A stretch of DNA of 64,000 nt, from the NCBI GenBank assembly GCA_016871495.1, contig VHDF01000004.1, positions 7,174 through 71,173 on the forward strand. The letters are read 5' to 3'. Position numbers and translations under genes: made by a program. The stretch is from Verrucomicrobiota bacterium (GTDB taxonomy: Bacteria > Verrucomicrobiota > Verrucomicrobiia > Limisphaerales > VHDF01). Under the pieces are notes generated by a model. The model saw nothing but the letters and a program-made list of their open reading frames with translations. It was not told the DNA's origin and did not search any database. Shown here one piece after another: positions 1 to 8,211 of the stretch; positions within the stretch are counted from its first letter, which is position 1; each line of letters opens with the position of its first letter.

Positions 1-7
1 CGGATGT

Positions 8-1501
8 TTGCGCTTGTCCCGGACCACGGCGGGAGCAGCGTCTTGGCTTGTGAAGGCGATCGTCAGAGCGCTCCTGGCGGCGGGGCTGATCGTGACCGGG
101 TTGGCCCGGGCGGAGATCATTGATGTCGGCACTCGCCGCGAGCTCTTCGTCGATGACCTTCTGATCAAACGACTGACCAGCTTGACGGTGAGGTTGCACG
201 AGCCGCGTCCGGCCGGTGTCGCCATTCGCTACGATCTGCCTCATGAGGATCCGCAAACCTGCTTCTACACCACGGTCCTCAAGGACGGCGACCGGTTCCG
301 CATGTACTACCGGGCGGCGAGACCAGCGGAACATCACGCGATGACCTGCTACGCCGAGAGCCGGGACGGCATCGTCTGGGTCAAGCCCGAGGTCGGCGTG
401 GTGGAGATCAACGGATCGTCGCGCAACAACGCGATCCTCTTCGAGGGCGACACCTTCTGCCCGTTCATCGACGACCGGCCCGGCGTGCCGGCGGAGGAGC
501 GGTACAAGGCGAACGTCGAAGTGAAGGAAGGACTGGTGGGGTTCGTTTCGTCCGACGGCATTCGCTGGCGCCGGTTGCCGGGAATACTCGTGCCGCGCAG
601 CCTCCCGAACCACTTCGACTCGCAGAACGTAATGTTTTGGTCGGCCGCCGAGGGCCGCTACGTGCTGTTGGCGCGGTACATGGTGGGAGGGAAGAGCGAA
701 CGTGCCGGCGGAATCCGGTCCACCGCACGCGCGACCTCGCCGGATTTCCGGACCTGGAGTCCGCCGGTGCCGATGACCTACGGCGACACTGCTTCGAGCC
801 GCCCGTCGCAGCACCTCTACGTCAACCAAACGACGCCTTATTTCCGTGCCCCCCACCTCTACCTCTCGTTGGCGGCGCGCTTCCAGCGTGGGCGTCGTGC
901 CCTGAGCGAGGAGCAGGCGGCCCAGCTCGGTCTAACCGCCGACACCGGTGGGGCGGAGGACATCTCGGACACGGTCCTGATGACGAGCCGGGCGGGCTCG
1001 GCGACTTACGATTTCATCCGGAGGGAAAGCTTCATCCGGCCGGGCCTGGGAGCCAGCCACTGGGTCTCGCGTTCCAATTATGCGGCGCTGGGAGTGTTGC
1101 CGACGGGGCCGGCCGAGATTTCCGTCTACGTGCAACGGAACTACGGGCAGAGGTCCGCTTTCCTTGAGCGCCTTACCCTCCGGACCGACGGCTTTGCTTC
1201 GATCCATGCCGGCTATGAGGGCGGCGAACTGTTGACGAAACCGCTGCGCTTCGACGGCCGCGCCCTTGAAGTGAACCTCTCGACCAGCGCAGCCGGTGGC
1301 CTCAGGGTGGAAATCCAGGACGCCGACGGGCGGCCGATCCCGGGATTCGCCCTGGCTGACAGCGAGGAACTGATCGGGGACGACATCGAGCGGATCGTCT
1401 CGTGGCGGGGAAGCCCGGACCTCGGATCCCTGCGGGGCAAGACCATTGGCCTGCGGCTCGTGCTCAGGGATGGTGACCTGTATTCGCTGCGTTTCCGGTA
1501 G
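8..1501 (+). CDS. secreted hypothetical protein (possible beta-propeller glycoside-hydrolase-like fold)
   Basis: 497-aa ORF with a TTG start; the frame stays open to the window edge. N-terminal hydrophobic signal-like segment AIVRALLAAGLIVTGLARA. No diagnostic catalytic motif recognised. Confidence 0.6.
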   Translation: MRLSRTTAGAASWLVKAIVRALLAAGLIVTGLARAEIIDVGTRRELFVDDLLIKRLTSLTVRLHEPRPAGVAIRYDLPHEDPQTCFYTTVLKDGDRFRMYYRAARPAEHHAMTCYAESRDGIVWVKPEVGVVEINGSSRNNAILFEGDTFCPFIDDRPGVPAEERYKANVEVKEGLVGFVSSDGIRWRRLPGILVPRSLPNHFDSQNVMFWSAAEGRYVLLARYMVGGKSERAGGIRSTARATSPDFRTWSPPVPMTYGDTASSRPSQHLYVNQTTPYFRAPHLYLSLAARFQRGRRALSEEQAAQLGLTADTGGAEDISDTVLMTSRAGSATYDFIRRESFIRPGLGASHWVSRSNYAALGVLPTGPAEISVYVQRNYGQRSAFLERLTLRTDGFASIHAGYEGGELLTKPLRFDGRALEVNLSTSAAGGLRVEIQDADGRPIPGFALADSEELIGDDIERIVSWRGSPDLGSLRGKTIGLRLVLRDGDLYSLRFR

Positions 1502-1525
1502 CGCGGCCTAGGACTTTCTGGTTGC

Positions 1526-1821
1526 GGCGACCGAGGGGCATCGATCTTCCACGAGGACCGGGACCGGGAGTTGTTCATCACCACGCTGGCCGAGGCGTGC
1601 GCCGAACCTGATTGGCTGGTCCACGCCTATGGTCTCATGGGAAATCATTTTCAACTGGTGGTCGAGATGCCCCAGGGGAATCTGGTCGCCGAGATGAAAC
1701 GGTCTCTCGACGCCGACACGAGCCGACTCAACCGCTTGGCTGTGCGTGCCGCACGCAGACAGGGCGGCACAAGCTGTTCGGTCACCAGTTCAGCGGCCGT
1801 GACAAGGCGTTGGTGATGGAC
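1526..1821 (+). pseudogene. IS200/IS605-type (COG1943-like) Y1 transposase remnant, 5'-truncated and frameshifted
   Basis: One frame reads GDRGASIFHEDRDRELFITTLAEACAEPDWLVHAYGLMGNHFQLVVEMPQGNLVAEMK. Another frame continues RHKLFGHQFSGRDKALVMD. This matches the HAYxLMxNHxHLV core and the KLFGHLFxGRYK block of the family. There is no start codon, and the frame shifts at about 1740-1765. Confidence 0.6.
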
Positions 1822-1842
1822 GCCAGCAGTCCGACTCTTGAA

Positions 1843-1971
1843 CGGCCCATTACCATCGGGCTGCGCAGGGATGCGAGGATCGACTCCGTGGAAATCGTCT
1901 GGCGGGGAGGACGGAATCAGGCGGTCCTTGATCCTCAGTCCAACACGCTTCTCCGCGTTCGGGAGTCCCGG
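1843..1971 (+). pseudogene. C-terminal remnant of an ASPIC/UnbV (CRTAC1-like) protein
   Basis: ITIGLRRDARIDSVEIVWRGGRNQAVLDPQSNTLLRVRE resembles the HFGLG..IDxVEVxWPSG...L.V.E tail of that family. No upstream gene body is present. Confidence 0.4.
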
Positions 1972-2091
1972 TCCGGTCGTTGCGTGTTGTCGCGGAGCGT
2001 GTGAGGGTGCTCCCGCCTGCGTCGCGCGGCCTTTCGCCCCGTCTTTCTGCGACCCGTTTCAGCGACTGTCGGTGGCGAGGTGAGACTTGAG

Positions 2092-2432
2092 GTGGATCCA
2101 GAGGTTGGCGGTGACCGGGTTGTCGTGGTCACGCAGACAGCCCTGTCTGCTGTGGTGCAGGCTGCCCAGCCTGCGGGGCGACGAAGGGAACCAGGCCGCC
2201 TATTTCATGCACGGGACGCCCGGTGAGGACACCTGGCACAAACACAGAGGCAGGCGCGATGGTAGGCCGCGTGCCCTCACGCGGCAAACTGTCGCGGATT
2301 CAAGCTCAGTATGAATGATCCGGGCTGGGCGCGTGGAGAGCATGGATGGGCCTCGTTCTTCACCCGCCGGGCCGTCGGCGATACGGCAGGCTGGGCAGCC
2401 TGCGCCACACGACAGACCACTTCGGGATGCAC
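2092..2432 (+). mobile_element. MITE family B, copy B1 (full length, interrupted by nested element D1)
   Basis: Left end gtggatccagaggttggcggtgacc, right end cttcgggatgcac. Collinear with copy B3 except for a 129-bp insertion. Flanked by ggtgagacttg (2079-2089) and ggtgagaactg (2433-2443). Confidence 0.8.
2196..2324 (+). mobile_element. MITE family D, copy D1 (nested inside B1, right terminus diverged)
   Basis: About 129 bp, similar to 46943-47075 throughout (ccgcctatttca...ggtgaggacac...ggccgcgtgccctcacgcggca...attcaagctc). Confidence 0.75.
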
Positions 2433-2549
2433 GGTGAGAACTGGCACCTGCCCGGTTTCCGTTGACTTCAGCCGTGTGGCGCAACTAACGTTCAAAGGCC
2501 GTGGCCTTGTTCTCGTCGGGCTGAAAGGACGCAGTGCCGCGATCGAGTT

Positions 2550-4001
2550 ATGATTCGTGTTCTAGGATCCACGAACAGGGTATGCGGTGGTCTGACCCGC
2601 AGGGAAATGTTACGCGTCGGCGGCCTATCCCTGTTTGGCATGTCATTGCCGCAACTGCTTCGAGCCGAAGCGAGCCTTTCCACTGATCCGGGTCGTGGCA
2701 AAGCCAAGAGCGTCATCCTTCTTTTTCTCTTCGGTGGGCCGCCCGTTCAGGAGACGTTCGATCCCAAACCGGATGCACCGAGGGAATATCGTGGTGAATT
2801 CGGAAGCATTCGCACGAATGTCCCCGGCATCCATTTCTGCGAGTATCTGCCACGAATGGCCAAGTGGATGGACCGATCGACGTTGATCCGCTCGTTCACC
2901 CACGATTCCAACGACCACAGCGCCGGGCTGCTCCATACCATGACCGGTGTCGCACCCGAGCGGATCGAGTCCTTGGTTCCGATTCTTCCTACACAGGCCC
3001 CGGGCATGGGTGCCGTCCTTGAATACCTTGCGCGGGATGAGCGCCGGACAGCTCCAGCGTCGGTGTGGATGCCGTGTTATCCGGGATGGGGGCAGGACAT
3101 CTTTCGACCTGGCCCTTACGGTGGATACCTGGGTCGGAAGTATGATCCTCTGTTCACGCAATGCGTGATCACGGAGAAGTACGAAGCGAAGGATTTTTAC
3201 GACACTCGCATGGAGCCCGCGGGCCACGTGCAGGTGCCTTCGACCCTGCTGAACACGGAGATCACCTTGGATCGCTTTCATCAGCGAAGGTCACTGGTCG
3301 AGCAATTGCAGGCGGGTGCGGACCGCTTCCGCGGGGCGGATTACCAATCGTTCGACGATTTCCAGCGCAAAGCGTTCGAAATTCTATCCGATCGGCGCAC
3401 TGGCGAGAGTCCGTGGCGTGCGTTCGATCTCAGCGGGGAGTCCGCGGCATTGCGTGACCGTTATGGGCGGCACCTCTACGGCGAGTCGGCGCTGACCGCC
3501 CGGCGCTTGATCGAACGCGGCGTCCGCTTTGTGACCGTGTCGTGGGAGAGTTTCGAGAAACAAGGCAGTGATCCCACGGCATGGGACACGCATGAGCGGC
3601 ATTTCCCCGTCCTGCGGGATTTTCATTTGCCCGCACTGGATCAAGTTTACTCCGCGCTGTGCGAAGACCTGGAGTCGCGAGGTCTGCTCGATGAAACGTT
3701 GGTGGTCGTGATGGGCGAAATGGGGCGTTCGCCCAAGGTAAACGCCAAAGGGGGACGAGACCACTGGTCCTATTTGCAGAATGTCCTCCTGACCGGGGCG
3801 GGCGTGAAGCACGGGTTTACTTATGGCTCTTCGGATTACCGGGCGTTTCATGTCGAGTCGCACCCCGTTTCACCGGCGAATCTCATCGCCACCCTTTTCG
3901 CCGCGATGGGGATCGACCCTGGCACCATGCTCCACGGGGTGGATGGGCGCCCCCACCCCTTGGTTCCGGGGGGCGCTCCCGTCACGGAGGTCCTGGCATG
4001 A
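2550..4001 (+). CDS. DUF1501 domain protein (sulfatase-fold, Tat-type N-terminus)
   Basis: 483-aa ORF. TRREMLRVGGLSLFG N-terminus; VILLFLFGGPPVQETFDPKPDAP and GEMGRSPKVN..GGRDHW blocks are typical of DUF1501. Confidence 0.9.
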   Translation: MIRVLGSTNRVCGGLTRREMLRVGGLSLFGMSLPQLLRAEASLSTDPGRGKAKSVILLFLFGGPPVQETFDPKPDAPREYRGEFGSIRTNVPGIHFCEYLPRMAKWMDRSTLIRSFTHDSNDHSAGLLHTMTGVAPERIESLVPILPTQAPGMGAVLEYLARDERRTAPASVWMPCYPGWGQDIFRPGPYGGYLGRKYDPLFTQCVITEKYEAKDFYDTRMEPAGHVQVPSTLLNTEITLDRFHQRRSLVEQLQAGADRFRGADYQSFDDFQRKAFEILSDRRTGESPWRAFDLSGESAALRDRYGRHLYGESALTARRLIERGVRFVTVSWESFEKQGSDPTAWDTHERHFPVLRDFHLPALDQVYSALCEDLESRGLLDETLVVVMGEMGRSPKVNAKGGRDHWSYLQNVLLTGAGVKHGFTYGSSDYRAFHVESHPVSPANLIATLFAAMGIDPGTMLHGVDGRPHPLVPGGAPVTEVLA

Positions 4002-4026
4002 ATTTTGACCCGAGCCGGATACCTTT

Positions 4027-4830
4027 ATGAGTAGTGCTCTCTGCAAGCCTCGGTCAGCGCACGCCTTCACGCTGATTGAACTTCTCGTCGTCATCGCGAT
4101 CATCGCCATTCTGGCGGGGTTGCTCATGCCGTCGCTCGCCAGAGCGAAACGATCGTCCTACAACACGGCGTGCACCTCCAATCTGCGGCAAATGGGCATC
4201 GCCCTGGCCATCTATGCCACCGATCACAACGACGCGTCGGCTTTGATCTGGGAACGGCACTTCAGTGACCCACCCATTCCGGGTGCCGTGGGCAACGGAC
4301 GCGGCCATACCGTCTTCGGCATGCTCATGACGCGGAGCGGTGTGCCGGTGAACGTGTTTCGGTGCCCAGCCGATCGCCGGAAATACACACTGACGGAAAC
4401 AAATTTCTGGCAGCCGCTGAGCAGTGATTTACCCCGAGAACTGGAGCTTTTCCCGTTCGATTATTCCGCCATTGCGATCGGTTGGGGCATGCCCAATCGA
4501 CGCATCCCTTGGAGTTTTCCAAAGCAGAGTCCGTTCAGAACGACACGCATCGAGAATCCCTCCAGCATGTTCATGGTTTGGGACGGCCACGAGCCCACAT
4601 GGACTATGGGCACTGGTTTCGCCGGTGTTCGAGAGTTGCTGGACCCTGTCCAAAAGCTCCCGCCGTCTCACTTCCTCTTTCAAACGACTTTCCGCCACTC
4701 GGATCCTCGCCCGGACCGTCGGAAGGACATTCGGCGCGGACCCAACGCCATTCTGGCGGACGGTCACGTCGAGGGGCGAATCAACGTTCTCAAATACAAA
4801 GACGAAAACTTCAACGTGCCCGGCACGTAA
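4027..4830 (+). CDS. prepilin-type N-terminal cleavage/methylation domain protein with H-X9-DG C-terminus (DUF1559-like)
   Basis: [28 protein letters not shown] pseudopilin leader; C-terminal LADGHVEGR motif. Confidence 0.9.
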   Translation: MSSALCKPRSAHAFTLIELLVVIAIIAILAGLLMPSLARAKRSSYNTACTSNLRQMGIALAIYATDHNDASALIWERHFSDPPIPGAVGNGRGHTVFGMLMTRSGVPVNVFRCPADRRKYTLTETNFWQPLSSDLPRELELFPFDYSAIAIGWGMPNRRIPWSFPKQSPFRTTRIENPSSMFMVWDGHEPTWTMGTGFAGVRELLDPVQKLPPSHFLFQTTFRHSDPRPDRRKDIRRGPNAILADGHVEGRINVLKYKDENFNVPGT

Positions 4831-4952
4831 CATTCCCCTTCCCTCAACACGAAATCGAGCGGGCACGCGCCCACCGATGGCGGATGTCGGCCCAGGCTGC
4901 AAAGTGGTGGTTCATCGGGTGGCAGCATCTCAAACCCAACTGAATCGAGAGA

Positions 4953-5210
4953 GTCATCCTGATCTTGGTTCGTGGCCGGGATTCCCCCCCTCCGTGTCTT
5001 GGTGCCTCCGTGAGAACAAGGGCAACCGGCGCGCGGACTTCAGCCCGTTTCGACGTGGAAGAACACCAAGCACGGGATATGACCCACGTTCTCGATCTTC
5101 GACGCTGAAGCGGCGTGAACGCCGCGGTCCGAGCCGTGATGGAGCAGTGACGAGCGGACTAGGAAAGCGAGGGATCTCACGGAGACACGAAGGCACGGAG
5201 AGGGGATGAC
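4953..5210 (+). mobile_element. MITE family C, copy C1 (full length, about 258 bp)
   Basis: Termini gtcatcc / ggatgac. The subterminal inverted repeat ccctccgtgtcttggtgcctccgtgaga (left) pairs with tctcacggagacacgaaggcacggagagg (right). Flanked by atcgagaga (4944-4952) and atcgagggc (5211-5219). Confidence 0.75.
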
Positions 5211-5220
5211 ATCGAGGGCG

Positions 5221-5333
5221 GTGCATTCAGAGGTTGTCGGTGACCGGGTTGTCCTGGTAACGCAGACAGCCCTGTCTGCTGTGTCGCAGGCTGCCCAGCC
5301 TGCGGGGCGACGTAGGGAACCAGGAGCGTGGGG
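5221..5333 (+). mobile_element. MITE family B, copy B2 (left half only)
   Basis: gtgcattcagaggttgtcggtgaccgggttgtcctggtaacgcagacagccctgtctgc... is collinear with the left arm of B3 and diverges after gggaaccagg. Confidence 0.75.
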
Positions 5334-5445
5334 CGCTTTCGATCCGGCGGATGCGCTTCTCCTTCAAAACAACAGCCAGGTCACCCTTGCGGATGGCCTG
5401 GCCACTCAACTCAACCCAACTCAACCCAACTCAAAAAATCGAATG

Positions 5446-5610
5446 CTAATCCTCAAAAGATTCCGCCCAGTCTCGCTGCCTCATGATCTCTTTGATCTTG
5501 CGACGCTCGTAACGATGCTTTTGGGCTTTGGCGGGGCGATCATCCACCTGCCGGAAGGGATGTTTGGTGTTGCGAATCACGTCCGTAACGACATCGAGAG
5601 ACTTGTTCAT
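5446..5610 (-). CDS. small basic hypothetical protein (54 aa, below the ORF-track cut-off)
   Basis: Hand translation: MNKSLDVVTDVIRNTKHPFRQVDDRPAKAQKHRYERRKIKEIMRQRDWAESFED. AAAGGA lies about 12 nt upstream of the ATG. It sits in a locally AT-richer stretch. No homology recognised. Confidence 0.35.
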   Translation of the reverse strand: MNKSLDVVTDVIRNTKHPFRQVDDRPAKAQKHRYERRKIKEIMRQRDWAESFED

Positions 5611-5797
5611 AGTTCAATCGGTCCTTTCTACAGATGTGCTGACAGCGGGAAGAATGCCAACCTCCTTTGTTGACTCTCATGTTGGCACCGCAAGCTGGCA
5701 GGAGTGCGATCATAGCCGGTTATCGACTCACTCTTATGATCGCCAGAATTCGTAAAACGTTCAAGAAAATGTCGATTTTTGTTGCTTTAGCCAGCAT

Positions 5798-6724
5798 TTA
5801 TCGAGTCAGCGGAAGAGCCGCAAACCGGCCTGAGGTCCATTCCCCCTCCGACTTCTCATGCTTGAAAACCAGTCCGTAGGACTCCAAAGCCTGTCGCACG
5901 GCCGCGAACTGACGCCGCAAAATCCCCGCAACCACCAAATCTCCTCCAGGTGCCACCCGCACCGCAAGGCGCCTGGCCTGGGTCACCAGCAAATCGTCGA
6001 TCAAGTTCGCGCAAACCACTTCGAAACGGCGGGACGGTCGTAGGGGCAGCCGCTGAACGTCGCCCCAGGATACCGCAACGCGCGCCTCCACCCGGTTCCG
6101 TCGTGCATTGGCCTTCGCGTTTTCCACGCAGGCCGGATCGAAATCCATGGCCTCGACCGGACCATACCCCAGTTTCGCCGCCGCGATGGCCAAAATACCC
6201 GTGCCGGTCCCCAGATCCAGAAAGGACTGTTTTGCCAGGGGCCGCCGCAAGGATACGATTTGTTCGAGGCAGTAGCGCGTTGTGGCGTGCTGCCCGGTCC
6301 CAAAGCTCAGCCCCGGGTCGAGCACCACGCCCACCTGGCCAACCCGAGGACGGCGAATGCTCCAGCTTGGTCGAACCAAAAGTTTCCCACCGGCGACAAA
6401 GGGCTTGAAATGCTTCTTCCAGGACTCCGCCCAGTTTTCTTTGCGGACGCCCGCAACGCGCATCCGCAACGGTCCGGTGATCGCCCCCTCCCCAACCCAC
6501 CGGCGTAATTCCAGGCGCAGTCGCGACATCACTTTGGTCCCGAACATTCCTTTTCCGGGCCTTGGATTCGCTAGATAGATGGAGACCCTCGACCGTCCGG
6601 TCTTGAGATTGTGATAGATGGCCGGAGAGACCCCAAACCTTGTTCCGAGCAGAGTTTCCACGAGTTCTTCACTCGCCGCCGGAATCTCAACCGCGATCTC
6701 GACCCAGGCTTCGCGCGTCGTCAC
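5798..6724 (-). CDS. prmA: ribosomal protein L11 methyltransferase
   Basis: 308 aa. SAM-binding FLDLGTGTGILAIAAAKLG and the overall PrmA layout. The GTG start overlaps the upstream stop (GTGA). Confidence 0.9.
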   Translation of the reverse strand: MTTREAWVEIAVEIPAASEELVETLLGTRFGVSPAIYHNLKTGRSRVSIYLANPRPGKGMFGTKVMSRLRLELRRWVGEGAITGPLRMRVAGVRKENWAESWKKHFKPFVAGGKLLVRPSWSIRRPRVGQVGVVLDPGLSFGTGQHATTRYCLEQIVSLRRPLAKQSFLDLGTGTGILAIAAAKLGYGPVEAMDFDPACVENAKANARRNRVEARVAVSWGDVQRLPLRPSRRFEVVCANLIDDLLVTQARRLAVRVAPGGDLVVAGILRRQFAAVRQALESYGLVFKHEKSEGEWTSGRFAALPLTR

Positions 6725-8211
6725 GCGAGCAACCCCTTAACCACTTCGCTGCCCGGCTTGGTCACATTGGTCAGGCGTTGATTCACTCCCTGGACCGGGT
6801 AGGTCAACTTCAGGTGATCGAAGCCGAGCAGATGAAGCATGGTCGCATGCAAATCATGGACGGAAACCTTGTCGATCACAGCCTGGTACCCGAACTCATC
6901 CGTTTCGCCAAGGCTATGGCCAGGTTTCGACCCGCCCCCCGCCATCCACAGGGTAAAGGCAGCGGGGTTATGGTCGCGTCCAATCAACTTCATCTCCACC
7001 CCATTCCGGTTTTCTCGCATCGAGGTCCGGCCAAACTCGCCACTCCAGAGGACCAGCGTGTCTTTGAGCAACCCCTGCTGTTTGAGATCCATGATCAACG
7101 CCATGATGGGCTTGTCCAGACTCTGGCATTTGTCCTTGAATCCCTTGTTCAACGCCTCGTTCTCCCCGGCGCCGTGGCTGTCCCAACCCCAGTCGAAAAG
7201 CTGGATGTAACGGACGCCACGTTCAACCAATCGCCGGGCGAGCAGACAATTGTTTGCGAACGATTCCTTGCCGGGCTGAGTGCCGTAGAGTTCGTGAATC
7301 GCCGCCGGTTCCTGGCCAATATCAAACGCGTCGCTGGCCGCGACCTGCATCTTGAACGCCATCTCGTATTGGGCGATGCGCGTCAAGGTCTCGGGATCCC
7401 CGGCCTCCTTCGCGGTTTGGCGGTTGATGGCCGTAATGGCATCCAAGGACCTCCGGCGCATGTCCCGCGAAATTCCCGGCGGATTCGAGAGGAAAAGCAC
7501 CGGATCCCCCTGAGACCGGCATTGCACGCCCTGATAAACGGAAGGCAGAAAACCCGCGCCCCACACGGATTTCCCGGCGTCGGGATTCTTGCCGCCGCTC
7601 GTGAGCACGATGAATCCCGGCAAATTCTGATTCTCCGATCCCAAGCCGTACGTGGTCCACGCGCCAGCGCTAGGGAAACCGGGATTCTGATTGCCGGTGT
7701 GGAGCAGGAGTTGTGCGGGACCATGATTGAATTGATCCGTGACCATGGATTTCACGAAACAAATCTCGTCGGCCACTTTGGCAAACTCGGGCAGACGGTC
7801 GGAGATCCATTGCCCGGATTGGCCATGCTGTTTGAACGGGAACTGAGGCCCCAGCATCTTGGGCACACCTTGAATAAACGCGAATTTCTTGCCCTTCAAA
7901 AGCGATTCCGGGCAATCCTGACCGTCGAGCTTCGCCAGTTCCGGTTTGTAGTCGAACAGCTCCAACTGGCTCGGAGAACCCGCCATGTGCAGGTAAATCA
8001 CGCGCTTGGCTCTCGCGGGAAGCGGCGCCGCCATCGGTGACAAAGGTTGAGCAGGGTTTCGAACCAAAGGCGCGGAGGATCCCCACGCTCGACCGGTTGA
8101 CTGGGCGAGCCACAAAGCGCCCAAGCCCAGCCCGCAATCCCTCAAAAAGTGTCGCCTCGTCCGGTGCAGGAGATCCTCATGCATCAGTTCATCCCAGAAG
8201 TTCATAGGCAT
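6721..8211 (-). CDS. DUF1501 domain protein (Tat signal)
   Basis: 496 aa. TRRHFLRDCGLGLGALWLAQ Tat-like leader; YLHMAGSPSQLELFDYKP and GEFGRTSMREN blocks. Confidence 0.9.
   Translation of the reverse strand: MPMNFWDELMHEDLLHRTRRHFLRDCGLGLGALWLAQSTGRAWGSSAPLVRNPAQPLSPMAAPLPARAKRVIYLHMAGSPSQLELFDYKPELAKLDGQDCPESLLKGKKFAFIQGVPKMLGPQFPFKQHGQSGQWISDRLPEFAKVADEICFVKSMVTDQFNHGPAQLLLHTGNQNPGFPSAGAWTTYGLGSENQNLPGFIVLTSGGKNPDAGKSVWGAGFLPSVYQGVQCRSQGDPVLFLSNPPGISRDMRRRSLDAITAINRQTAKEAGDPETLTRIAQYEMAFKMQVAASDAFDIGQEPAAIHELYGTQPGKESFANNCLLARRLVERGVRYIQLFDWGWDSHGAGENEALNKGFKDKCQSLDKPIMALIMDLKQQGLLKDTLVLWSGEFGRTSMRENRNGVEMKLIGRDHNPAAFTLWMAGGGSKPGHSLGETDEFGYQAVIDKVSVHDLHATMLHLLGFDHLKLTYPVQGVNQRLTNVTKPGSEVVKGLLA

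Noticed and set aside
5227-5424. 65-aa minus-strand ORF (…GQAIRKGDLAVVLKEKRIRRIESAP…), faintly AbrB/SpoVT-like
   Set aside because: More than half of the ORF is the translated B2 MITE arm. The remaining ~25 codons are too short to assign.
6640-8040. 466-aa plus-strand ORF opposite the DUF1501 gene, and similar long antisense ORFs at 27070-28449, 43792-44865, 50879-52171, 59904-60977, 15645-16739, 48669-49640 and 39065-39856
   Set aside because: Each lies antisense to a CDS with clear family motifs. All are R/G/P/A-rich without motifs. This is the expected frame-complement artefact in high-GC DNA.
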